This document shows positions 20,259 through 29,238 of a stretch of DNA of 49,865 nt, piece after piece. Position numbers and translations under genes: made by a program. The first letter of the stretch is position 1. Each line of letters opens with the position of its first letter. The stretch covers positions 1 to 49,865 of the forward strand of contig JBBRUX010000029.1 in assembly GCA_038247415.1 (NCBI GenBank), given 5' to 3'. A model generated the notes under the pieces. It searched no databases. It saw only the letters and a list, made by a program, of their open reading frames with translations, and was not told the DNA's origin. The stretch comes from Chitinivibrionales bacterium (GTDB lineage: Bacteria > Fibrobacterota > Chitinivibrionia > Chitinivibrionales > WJKA01).

Positions 20259-20299
20259 ACCCTACAAGCTTTAGAGAAGCCTTCCAAAGCTTGTAGGGT
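20259..20299. repeat. Perfect 14-bp inverted repeat (REP-like element or terminator between convergent genes)
   Basis: ACCCTACAAGCTTT (20259-20272) / AAAGCTTGTAGGGT (20286-20299); overlaps the stop codon of the minus-strand ORF. Confidence 0.7.
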
Positions 20300-20582
20300 G
20301 CAATAATCGCGCTGCGCTGCGATCCATAACGATCGCAACTGCATGACCTTGCTCTGCTATTTTTTTTCGTAACCATTCAACAAGCTGGACCCCAATTGAC
20401 GAGAGCCGACATGACGCTGAAATTTTAATGATAAAAAACTCATAGGGCGATGTTATGCATTCGAGGAGCTGATTTTTATACCTGTCGATATTGCTCTCTG
20501 CTACGGGTTCCAGAAATATGATTGTTGCTCGGATACCAGAGACAGCACAATCAAATAGATTGTCTTGGCTTGCTACCATCAT
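20271..20582 (-). CDS. Small STAS-like protein
   Basis: LSSIGVQLVEWLRKK..G.AVAIV resembles the STAS core; AGAAGGA RBS 8 nt before the ATG at 20582; sigma54-type promoter upstream. Confidence 0.5.
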   Translation of the reverse strand: MMVASQDNLFDCAVSGIRATIIFLEPVAESNIDRYKNQLLECITSPYEFFIIKISASCRLSSIGVQLVEWLRKKIAEQGHAVAIVMDRSAARLLHPTSFGRLL

Positions 20583-20638
20583 ACAATACATCCTTCTTTG
20601 AAAAGTGCACATTTTGGATATCTTATAGTGTAAATTAA

Positions 20639-20655
20639 AGCAATGTGCGTGCCGA
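20639..20655 (-). promoter_or_regulatory. Sigma54 (-24/-12) promoter
   Basis: The minus strand reads TCGGCACGCACATTGCT, i.e. GG-N10-GC with consensus GGCACG and TTGC, about 57 bp upstream of the STAS-like ORF. Confidence 0.65.
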
Positions 20656-20881
20656 TAAATGGCGGGCAGTTTTATTGGGTAATTAAGAACTAGTGCATTG
20701 AATTTGGCTCATTTACGTATCGATGGAGGTAATTTGGTACTAAAATGTTCATTGGGATTGCTTTTCAAGGCTGTTCATTGCAGATATTCGTTTCTCTTAA
20801 GCGTTAGGGCAAGTTAGTACAAACAACCAAGCCCTGTTAAGGCAATTTTCATACCGATTCATGAATTCTCCTTATATTGTA

Positions 20882-21079
20882 AAACATTATGACATTAAGG
20901 AAATTTTTTTTTAGGTGATGAAATAAATCTTATTATTGATGGGCACGCAAATAAATATAACCTTAAAAACATCTCCGTCGGGATATGGCATTTGCTGGCC
21001 TGATCTGGATGAAGACATTTCAATTGACGGTTTATTAGGAGTTAAGCATGCGCGTATTGAAAAGACTATAGCTACTTAA
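20882..21079 (+). pseudogene. DUF2442-family gene remnant (putative TA-associated)
   Basis: The C-terminal frame reads SPSGYGICWPDLDEDISIDGLLGVKH (DUF2442 signature). The N-terminal part KHYDIKEIFF/LGDEINLIIDG..NLKNIS lies in other frames, with a poly-T frameshift and an apparent internal deletion. Confidence 0.7.
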
Positions 21080-21343
21080 AAATGACGTGATTTGATTCTA
21101 GCTTTACGCGGGCAAAAAGGCTTGAAACAGAGCACACTATTCAAAAAGTTAAGTTTTTCGCACGAATTCATCATTCGCGTGGGTATCAAAGTTGGCTTAA
21201 AAAAAATTGTTGAAGAACGAATCTAAACTGAATACCAAGTATATCAAAACTTTCGCACCGAATCACTGTAGTTCCATCCTGCCCCTTACAGATCCCCATC
21301 GCGCGCCCCAACAACGACGCCTAACAAAAAGTCAGAAAGCATT

Positions 21344-22291
21344 ATTTATCTTATTACCAAGTCCGATAAGCTTAACAATGTTTTGTATGATATCCGTGGG
21401 CCCGTAGTCGACGAAGCCAAGAAACTTGAAGAAAAAGGATTCCAAATCCTTAAGCTCAACACGGGTAACCCGGCTCCATTTGGACTTTTTGCGCCCGATG
21501 AGATCATTCATGACATGATTATTAACCTTGCAACTACCCAAGGCTATAGCGATTCTAAGGGGCTGTTTTCTGCATGAAAAGCGATAATGCAGTATTGTCA
21601 ACAAAAGGATATCAAAGGCGTCGAAATCGAAGATATCTATTGTGGCAATGGGGTGAGCGAAGTAATTGTGATGGCAATGCAAGCACTCCTTAATCCTGGC
21701 GACGAAATTCTTATTCCCTCTCCCGACTACCCACTCTGGACTGCATCGGTCAATTTATCCGGTGGAACACCGGTACATTATATATGCGACGAAGAATCGG
21801 AATGGCTACCCGACCTGGAAGATATCAAAAAAAAGATATCGCCTCATACCAAAGGGATTGTCATTATCAATCCAAACAATCCAACGGGGGCACTTTACCC
21901 ACAAGAAATTCTTCTTGGAATCATTGAATTGGCTCGCCACCATGATCTTGTTGTTTTTTCAGATGAAATTTACGACAAGATTATCTATGACGATCTAAAC
22001 CATGTGTCAACAGCTTCACTGGCGGACGACCTCCTCTTTGTAACATTCAATGGGCTTTCTAAAACCTATCGTGTTGCAGGATTCCGATCGGGATAGATGG
22101 TAATTTCTGGCAATAAATCTGGCGCCCAGGACTACCTTGAAGGCCTTACCATGCTTGCCTCGATGTGATTATGCAGCAATGTTCCAGCGCAATCGATTAT
22201 CCAGACGGCTTTGGGCGGGCGCCAAAGCATCTACGATCTCACCGCAGCAATGGAAAAAATGAAAAAGTTTTTGGAGAATTATACTCAGTAA
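21344..22291 (+). pseudogene. alaA: PLP-dependent alanine transaminase AlaA/AlaT pseudogene
   Basis: One frame reads KSDKLNNVLYDIRGPV...GYSDSKGLFSA*KAIMQY...GLSKTYRVAGFRSG*MVISG...MLASM*LCSNVPAQ...FLENYTQ. Stops at 21575, 22094 and 22166; no ATG at the expected start; about 90 codons missing near 22240. Confidence 0.92.
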
Positions 22292-22325
22292 TATTACTGC
22301 AGGGAAATCAAAGCAAACAATACTC

Positions 22326-23606
22326 TCATTCTGTCAAATTAACATTGAAAGACTTAATAGTATTCACGGGCTTTTTATCCTTGTAAAAATCATTCCACAA
22401 ACGATAAAAGCCTTGCTGAAGTGAATCTACCGTAAAATGAAGTGGCTTAAATACAACATTGCCTGTATTCCACTGATTATAATTCCGATGAATGATCCGA
22501 TTTTGCTGAGTCATTGCGTCTCCGAAAGGAGTGCCGGGAAATGGTGTGTGTATGTAAAATTCCGCTAGGTCAATACCCGCATTATCAGAAAATTTAAGAA
22601 TCCGATCAATAACACCTTCATCCTGATCATCGAAACCAATGCCATACGATGCAAAAAAATGAATCCCAGCATCTTCATTCATGCGTACCAGGTCTATTCC
22701 CGCTTGCCATTCTGCGGAGGTGCATTCTTTAGAAAGCAATTGGCGTGACGCACGATCAAATCCGAAAACGGTATACATTGAGGCTGCACCACCCTTTTTA
22801 AGCATTCGATAATACAAGGGATCATTAATCATCATCATGGTTGACGCAAGAAATATCTCTACATTCAATTCTGCGGTTTTTTCCATGATTGCGGTTAAAA
22901 ACTTCATAGACTTTTTTCCGGGAAACATAAGCGTATCATCGGTAAAGTAAAATTCTTTATAGGGCATAGAGCGGATGTCTTCGACAATTGCATCAACCGA
23001 ACGTAACCGCAATTGTGTACCTTCTTTATTAGGAATTGGACATCCCTCACACCGGACCATGCAGCCGCGTGTAGCCATGACAAGGTGTGCATCCCACACG
23101 TAAAGGTCTTTGGCAAAGATATCACGCCGGGGAACAGGCAACTGCGAAAGATCGTAGCCATCAGATGCACGATACAGCGGCTTAAGCGCTGTGGCCAATA
23201 GATCTGCTAAAATTTCCTGCCATACCGGTTCAACTTCACCAACACATACAGCATCCGCATGGAGCAGTGCTTCCTGAGGAGCTCCCGATGGATGAATACC
23301 ACCAATTATTACCATGGTATTACGAGCACGAAATGCATCGGCAATTTCGTATGCGCGCTGGGCTTGTGGAGTAAAACACGAAATCACTACACAATCGGGC
23401 TGTTCATCAAAATCAATTAATTGACCAATATTATCATCGGTTAACGAACAGGTATGCGGAGCTGGAATAAGTGCAGCGATTATAGGAAGTGCGAGCGACG
23501 GAGGCATGGTATAATTGCCAACAAGATGATCGGCGCACAGTGCCGACAATTCGGCATGACCTTCTAAAAACTTCTTGAATTTAGGATATATAAGACGGAA
23601 ATGCAT
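22326..23606 (-). CDS. Cobalamin-binding-type (class B) radical SAM enzyme
   Basis: N-terminal B12-binding-like fold (PPSLAL...GGIHPS...VGEVE), TRGCMVRCEGC CxxxCxxC, TPFPGTP. AAGGAGA RBS; start at 23606 or 23612. Confidence 0.9.
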   Translation of the reverse strand: MHFRLIYPKFKKFLEGHAELSALCADHLVGNYTMPPSLALPIIAALIPAPHTCSLTDDNIGQLIDFDEQPDCVVISCFTPQAQRAYEIADAFRARNTMVIIGGIHPSGAPQEALLHADAVCVGEVEPVWQEILADLLATALKPLYRASDGYDLSQLPVPRRDIFAKDLYVWDAHLVMATRGCMVRCEGCPIPNKEGTQLRLRSVDAIVEDIRSMPYKEFYFTDDTLMFPGKKSMKFLTAIMEKTAELNVEIFLASTMMMINDPLYYRMLKKGGAASMYTVFGFDRASRQLLSKECTSAEWQAGIDLVRMNEDAGIHFFASYGIGFDDQDEGVIDRILKFSDNAGIDLAEFYIHTPFPGTPFGDAMTQQNRIIHRNYNQWNTGNVVFKPLHFTVDSLQQGFYRLWNDFYKDKKPVNTIKSFNVNLTE

Positions 23607-23719
23607 TGTCATTCTCCTTTACATTACAGTGGCGTAATGAGTTCGCGTCACCCTCTAAAAAATCCGCATGAGGATATTTTAAAGAGGATACCTGTTTATA
23701 CTCACGTGCTTTTACAAAC

Positions 23720-25183
23720 TCAAGATATGGCCTCAAAATTTCTTGACATAATAATTTTGCTTGCAGAATACCCATTGTACATGACATTCCAAATACCGCC
23801 CCCGGGTTTTCCCCAGTGTCCTGCAAAGTAAATATCGGGCAGATGAATTTGAAAAGGAATTTTTGCTTCTTTATACATGTCAACAACGTCTTCAAATCCA
23901 TAAAATGCACCGTCAGTATTATTAGTATACCGCTTAAAACTTTCTGGAGTTGCATCGGTTCTGCTCACAATTTTTTCTTTCAATCCCGGAATAAGCTTTG
24001 CAGCTTCTTCAACAAGTACATCTGCGGCAGTTTTTTTATCATTTTTCCAAGAGGATGATATACTGGCATGAGCAAGTGACAAGAGCATGAGTGTATGATG
24101 TGTTCCATCCTTCTCATCGGGTGGACGCAATAGCACGAGATGATCATTAAGCGGGGTAATTTTAGTTTTAATTCGATTTCCAATTTCCTCTTCGGTGCCA
24201 TTAAAGCAAAATGTTATGGTATCGGGAAGAATGTCGGCAATTGATTGGGATAAGCCTAAATACACTGCAATTCCAGAAACGGAAGGCTTAAGATTAGAAA
24301 GCCTTCTACTCAAAAGCTTACGGCGTAGAGGTTGATCAAGAATTTTTTCGTGAAACTCATAGGGAGAAATATTACTTACAATGCAACCTGCCTCAAACAC
24401 AGCGCCATCGGTAAGATGCACATGCCTGCGTCCGGCCTCGTCTCCATCTACCTTTTCTACGTCACTCATTGTCAACAATTCTCCACCATGCTGCGTGAGT
24501 GCAGCACCCAAGGCTTCTGCAAGCGTCGAAAATCCTCCAACAAGACTAAATGATCCTTCAAAAAAATGAACTGCAAACATCATAGCATAAAAAATGGTTG
24601 GGGCTTGAGAAGGTATAGTTCCCCCAAAAGGCCACATACTATGAAAAATGCCGCGTAGTGTTGGATCTTTAATAAATGATGCGAGATAGTCGGCGTATGA
24701 AAGCCCATTGTATCTCTTCAAAAACTCAACATTTTCGGGAATGTAGTACTTTTCAAAACTAAAAACAGGGCGAGAAACTGTCTCAAAAATAAGCCGCATA
24801 TCGTTAAGCAACGCATCAATCTCATCGGAAGAATAAGGAAATTGTTTTTTTAAAAACGCAACGATATCCACAGAATCAACGGGGATAGTAAATGAGTTGC
24901 GGCCTGAGTTTACTTTAATTAATGAAGAAAGCTTGATTGGCGAAACCTTATCAGCAACATTCAAAAGTCGCAATAAGTGCATGATCATGCCATCCGGCGC
25001 CATGGGAACCGAATGAATGGCAGAATCGAACTGAAACGGCCCCCGCTTAAAAGAATGTGCGTATCCACCGATCTCAGAATGCTTCTCAAGTACCAGAACC
25101 TTTAAACCCTCCCGAGCAAGGAATGACCCACATGTTAACCCGCCAATTCCCGACCCTATCACGATAACATCATAACGTTGCAT
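23720..25183 (-). CDS. Phytoene desaturase/RetSat-like FAD-dependent oxidoreductase
   Basis: IGSGIGGL Rossmann motif, LEKH..IGG, ATPESFKRY and YFAGHW..PGGG. Confidence 0.88.
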   Translation of the reverse strand: MQRYDVIVIGSGIGGLTCGSFLAREGLKVLVLEKHSEIGGYAHSFKRGPFQFDSAIHSVPMAPDGMIMHLLRLLNVADKVSPIKLSSLIKVNSGRNSFTIPVDSVDIVAFLKKQFPYSSDEIDALLNDMRLIFETVSRPVFSFEKYYIPENVEFLKRYNGLSYADYLASFIKDPTLRGIFHSMWPFGGTIPSQAPTIFYAMMFAVHFFEGSFSLVGGFSTLAEALGAALTQHGGELLTMSDVEKVDGDEAGRRHVHLTDGAVFEAGCIVSNISPYEFHEKILDQPLRRKLLSRRLSNLKPSVSGIAVYLGLSQSIADILPDTITFCFNGTEEEIGNRIKTKITPLNDHLVLLRPPDEKDGTHHTLMLLSLAHASISSSWKNDKKTAADVLVEEAAKLIPGLKEKIVSRTDATPESFKRYTNNTDGAFYGFEDVVDMYKEAKIPFQIHLPDIYFAGHWGKPGGGIWNVMYNGYSASKIIMSRNFEAIS

Positions 25184-26683
25184 TTATATTTCCTGCGCTA
25201 TAAACGTTTTTTTATCTCGTGCACATATCATGTGCGCAACATGCCGTGATGCAATAATTACACGGGGTATTCCACCAGGAGGCACACTCCACTGCCCTGT
25301 CAAGTACAGGTTTTTAACACCCGCAATGGTAGGGGCAAATGATTTTCCGATCATTGCTGGCGTTGGGGCATAGCCTTGATAGCTCCCTTTATATACGCTA
25401 TTATACCGAACATACGTAGCAGGCGTGGCGACATCGATCGCTTTAAGGGCATCCTTGATATTACCAAATCTTTTTTCAAGCGATTCGATAACATGACGAG
25501 CTACGCGATCTTTTTCCACCTTATAATGGGCGATATCTTTCTGCCTTAAATCAATCCAATAGTGTGGATCGGTCGTTCTGAGATGAACAATAAGCGTGGC
25601 ATGCCCGACAGGAGCAAAGGTTGCATCAAAATTACCCACGCGAATCATCATATCGACAATGCAATCGGTACCTGCCATTAAGGGTTCATGCATTGCGCAC
25701 ACAATTTTATGACACACATTTACAAGCGCGTTTGCAACACCCACGGAAACTTGAATCATACCGGGAAACAGAGTATGGTCATCGGAAAGAAGCTTTGTAT
25801 TGCTCTTGGCATAGTGCGTAGGCAACAGGCTAAAGCACGACGAACGCAAATCCCCAGCTGAAACAATATAATCTCCCGATATCATTTCTCCAGCTGCTGT
25901 TGTAACTCCAATGGCAACCCCATCTTGAAGCGTGATCTCATTCACGTGCGAATTACACCGTACTACCCCGCCACTTTTTTTGTAATTATCTAAAAGCTGC
26001 GTATGTAAAGCATAGGAACCTCCCAAGGGATACCCAGCAGATTTCTTATGCATCCAACTAAAGGATAAAATGATGCTTAATACAGAAAAAAAATCATGCC
26101 GAGGAAATATTTTTCTAAGCATGGATCCAAGCATTTTACTCTTGAAGCCTTCTGTAAAATCTCGAATGGTAAGATTCTTCCAAACCATATAAAGACGTAC
26201 GAGCGGTAAAGAGGTAAGCCCGATTTTTACGAAATCGAAGATCGAAAAAAGTGGCAGCGGCTTTTGCAAGGGCACGTTGCATTTGCTTGCAGCAACGATA
26301 GCACTTGTAAACTTCTCTATTATTATAGAATCTTGTGGCGCTAGGCGAAGCATTTCCTGTTTAAGTCGCATTGCATCAGAATACACATGAAAAATTTCAC
26401 CTTCATGCTCGATGTGCATAAATTCTTCGAAATCGACAAACGATAATTTAGAAAAATCCAGCACTTCTCTAAGCATTGCATGAAAATTAATTCCAAAGGC
26501 AGATCCGGGCAACCAATTTGTTGCTCCATCAAACACATATTCTTTACGTTTCCAAGAAACTGCAACACCACCGGGTTGCGAACATTGCTCCAATATAAGC
26601 GTATCATATCCATTTTTTTGCAGATAAATCCCGGCCGCAATTCCTGCAATTCCCCCGCCAATTATTATTATTTTTTTTTGCAT
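25184..26683 (-). CDS. Second phytoene desaturase/RetSat-like FAD-dependent oxidoreductase
   Basis: IGGGIAG, LEQ...PGG, YPLGGS, DVATPATYVRY and LYLTGQW..PPGG; directly abuts the next gene. Confidence 0.88.
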   Translation of the reverse strand: MQKKIIIIGGGIAGIAAGIYLQKNGYDTLILEQCSQPGGVAVSWKRKEYVFDGATNWLPGSAFGINFHAMLREVLDFSKLSFVDFEEFMHIEHEGEIFHVYSDAMRLKQEMLRLAPQDSIIIEKFTSAIVAASKCNVPLQKPLPLFSIFDFVKIGLTSLPLVRLYMVWKNLTIRDFTEGFKSKMLGSMLRKIFPRHDFFSVLSIILSFSWMHKKSAGYPLGGSYALHTQLLDNYKKSGGVVRCNSHVNEITLQDGVAIGVTTAAGEMISGDYIVSAGDLRSSCFSLLPTHYAKSNTKLLSDDHTLFPGMIQVSVGVANALVNVCHKIVCAMHEPLMAGTDCIVDMMIRVGNFDATFAPVGHATLIVHLRTTDPHYWIDLRQKDIAHYKVEKDRVARHVIESLEKRFGNIKDALKAIDVATPATYVRYNSVYKGSYQGYAPTPAMIGKSFAPTIAGVKNLYLTGQWSVPPGGIPRVIIASRHVAHMICARDKKTFIAQEI

Positions 26684-26723
26684 GAATTTTCTTCTCTGGT
26701 TCCCAAAAAAAATGGTACATTTC

Positions 26724-27605
26724 TTATGTTACAAACGAAACTTCTTCGTGGAGAAAATACCATTGTTCAGGATTTTTCTTGATAACCTGTTCACTCGCAG
26801 TTGCTAATTTTTGAGCCAATTCTTCTTGGCAATTATCAATAGGAATAATGTTAATCCGATAGGATAGATCACCCGTTCGAACCATTGCAATAAATGCTAC
26901 CGTGACATTTGCACGCGTAAACTTAACAAGACGATCAAGCCCTGCCCCGCCAAACACCTGTTTGCCTAAAAGTGTAACGGGCACCGAATAATCTGTTTTT
27001 TCGTCGAGCATTGTTAGTAAGCATTCCTGCCTGCGCAGAACTGCTGCCATATCAAGCGCTGCAATGGTATCGGGCTTACCAATTTCAACAAAATCTATTT
27101 CACCAAAGAAACCGCTCTTATACATTTCTTGGGCTCGTTCTCGTGCGGCCTTTGAAAATCCAGCCGTTTTAAATTTTAAAACAGGTGTTACCGGAATGAA
27201 ATTATTGGCAAGTGCTGGAACTATAAGCTCAACTGCGCCAAAATGCGCTCCCGCTAAAAGCAACCCATTTCCTCGCGATCGTTGATCTTTAATACATGCA
27301 AGGGCATCGCTGCAATCGATGTTTTTTTGTACAAAATCGGAAAGTTCCCGTGCACCACCAAAAAGAGGCAGAAGTTTTTCAAAATAATGCAAAAAAAGAT
27401 TATATGAGAAGTCTTCTATAAAAGTCTCATCTAAAGGGAGCCCAAACGAATGTGCGTTTTTGTAAATTGTCGAACGCTGATCAGGATGTTCCAAGAACCA
27501 ATTTCGTCCCGTTTGCACAATGAGATCGCGGACCGCTTCTATTGATGAAGACGATTGAATGGCTGCAAATATTGCAGGAGTTTGAAATTGTTCACTTAAT
27601 CCCAT
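26724..27605 (-). CDS. LpxL/HtrB-like (lysophospholipid acyltransferase superfamily) acyltransferase
   Basis: GNGLLLAGAHFGAVEL (HxxxxE), VPVTLLGK and C-terminal IKKNPEQWYFLH. Confidence 0.75.
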   Translation of the reverse strand: MGLSEQFQTPAIFAAIQSSSSIEAVRDLIVQTGRNWFLEHPDQRSTIYKNAHSFGLPLDETFIEDFSYNLFLHYFEKLLPLFGGARELSDFVQKNIDCSDALACIKDQRSRGNGLLLAGAHFGAVELIVPALANNFIPVTPVLKFKTAGFSKAARERAQEMYKSGFFGEIDFVEIGKPDTIAALDMAAVLRRQECLLTMLDEKTDYSVPVTLLGKQVFGGAGLDRLVKFTRANVTVAFIAMVRTGDLSYRINIIPIDNCQEELAQKLATASEQVIKKNPEQWYFLHEEVSFVT

Positions 27606-27643
27606 AATCGATTTCCGAAATATTCTTTTTGTATAAACAATAA

Positions 27644-27672
27644 AGGCTGATTTGCTCTCAGCAAATCAGCCT
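27644..27672 (-). terminator. Intra-cluster hairpin/terminator downstream of ACP
   Basis: Perfect 13-bp stem AGGCTGATTTGCT-N3-AGCAAATCAGCCT, followed on the minus strand by TTATTGTTT. Confidence 0.7.
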
Positions 27673-27700
27673 ACCAAAAATCAATGTGCGAAACGCGTAA

Positions 27701-27961
27701 TTACGCTTTTAAAGCCAGGTATTTTTCGACTGTGGCAACACATTTATTTACCGTCGTTAGATTTGGAAATTCAGTTTCTGGAATTGCAACGCCAAACTTT
27801 TTTTCCATAGTTGCAAGTACTTCAAGCAGAGCCATCGAATCCAAACCAACATCCTTAATAAAATGGGCGTCGTCTGTTACCTTTTCAGCCTCAACATCCA
27901 TATCTTCAGCAATTTCTACTATCAGATTATGTACAATTTCTTTAATTTCTAGAGCATTCAT
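27701..27961 (-). CDS. acpP: Acyl carrier protein
   Basis: Acidic 86-aa protein with a GLDSM phosphopantetheine-attachment Ser; GGAG RBS. Confidence 0.93.
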   Translation of the reverse strand: MNALEIKEIVHNLIVEIAEDMDVEAEKVTDDAHFIKDVGLDSMALLEVLATMEKKFGVAIPETEFPNLTTVNKCVATVEKYLALKA

Positions 27962-27999
27962 CCGGCACTCCTCTATAAGTGATGTGATCTATAACGGCT

Positions 28000-29208
28000 T
28001 TAGACATACTGCTTAACAACAAGCGATGAAACATAGCCATCGCATGAGATACTATTAATCAAAATACTTTTTTGCGAGCCTATCGGTCTGGTCTTTTGAA
28101 CCAGATTAAGGTTCGGCAATGCTTGATAATCACCAAACGTTGCTGAAACTACACCTTCCTGTAGGTCTGAAATCGCACAGACAAGCGATAAGGCACCACT
28201 TGCTCCATAGCATTCGCCAAATCTGCTTTTATATGCGGTAACAGGGACTTCAGGTAATTGTGCTGCCAGCACAGAAGCTTCTAATGCATCGAGTTTGGGT
28301 GAACCCTGTGCGCTCGCCGCAACAAAAGCAAGATCTGATTTTTGGATGCCCGCCATTTCGAGGGTTTCGCCAATTACACGTGATAACACCGCAGTACTAT
28401 AAGAATTTGAGAGCGGATCTATTGAAGGATCAAAGGCGCTTACAAGACCTGATATTTCAGCGATTATAGTTGCACCTCGAGAAATTGCATGTTCTTCTGT
28501 TTCAAGCAGAAACATTGCGCACCCTTCTCCAGCAACAAAACCATCGGCAGCAACACCAAAAGGTTGCATGCGCCCAGACTTAGAAAGCACGCCACTCCGA
28601 TGAAAACCAAGGAGCCCATAGTAGCTTACTTCATCAAAACCGCCGGTAATAATCCAATCGTCATACCCGCGCTGTAAATAATCGCAGCCATACAAAAGGG
28701 CATCGTGAGAGGCATTAAACCCTGTAGAGACGGTAGCGCTCAGAGACCGAACGCCATAGCGGATATTCGCGTTTGAAATTGGCGCATTGGTAACAGTATT
28801 TGCAAAGGCCTGGGGATTAACGCTATTAACACCGTTTACAATAGAATCCGATAAAAAATCACCAATGCTCTGAATACTCCCAAATGTCGTTCCGACACAC
28901 AATCCAGGGCGGTCTGCAACGGGTGTTTGCTCAAACAGTTCCTTAAATCCGAGTTCTATTCCACCCAGAAGCAACTTGGTTGCCCAATCCTTTGTTCGAA
29001 GCCCTTTTTTACCTAATACAACTTCTGGATCAAAGGAGGCTTGAGCAAAAACGGGAATCGGGGAAGCCCACTGGTGAAACTCATTATTTTGAGCTTCGGC
29101 AAACGTTGGAGCACCGGCAAGGCTTTTAGCAACATCGGAAAGATTGCTTCCCAATGCACTTTGAGTTCCAATACCCGTGATAACTATTTTTTTGCGCGAA
29201 AATTCCAT
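28000..29208 (-). CDS. Catalytically inactive ketosynthase homolog (chain-length-factor-like)
   Basis: FabF fold (IVITGIG, PFG...GFVAGEG), but TAC>TGF, AHGT>ASAQ and KSMIGH>KSRFGE remove the Cys-His-His triad. Confidence 0.85.
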   Translation of the reverse strand: MEFSRKKIVITGIGTQSALGSNLSDVAKSLAGAPTFAEAQNNEFHQWASPIPVFAQASFDPEVVLGKKGLRTKDWATKLLLGGIELGFKELFEQTPVADRPGLCVGTTFGSIQSIGDFLSDSIVNGVNSVNPQAFANTVTNAPISNANIRYGVRSLSATVSTGFNASHDALLYGCDYLQRGYDDWIITGGFDEVSYYGLLGFHRSGVLSKSGRMQPFGVAADGFVAGEGCAMFLLETEEHAISRGATIIAEISGLVSAFDPSIDPLSNSYSTAVLSRVIGETLEMAGIQKSDLAFVAASAQGSPKLDALEASVLAAQLPEVPVTAYKSRFGECYGASGALSLVCAISDLQEGVVSATFGDYQALPNLNLVQKTRPIGSQKSILINSISCDGYVSSLVVKQYV

Positions 29209-29238
29209 AGAGTAGCACTATTTCCAGTTTAAAAGCTT

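Noticed and set aside
21344..22291. Stop-codon reassignment or readthrough explaining the in-frame TGA/TAG in alaA and potA
   Set aside because: TGA replaces Arg and TAG replaces Trp or Gln inconsistently, both genes also carry deletions, and many intact genes here end in TAG or TGA.
23720..26683. Carotenoid biosynthesis (crtI pair)
   Set aside because: No crtB/crtE or cyclase is nearby; the genes are embedded in an ACP/KS cluster.
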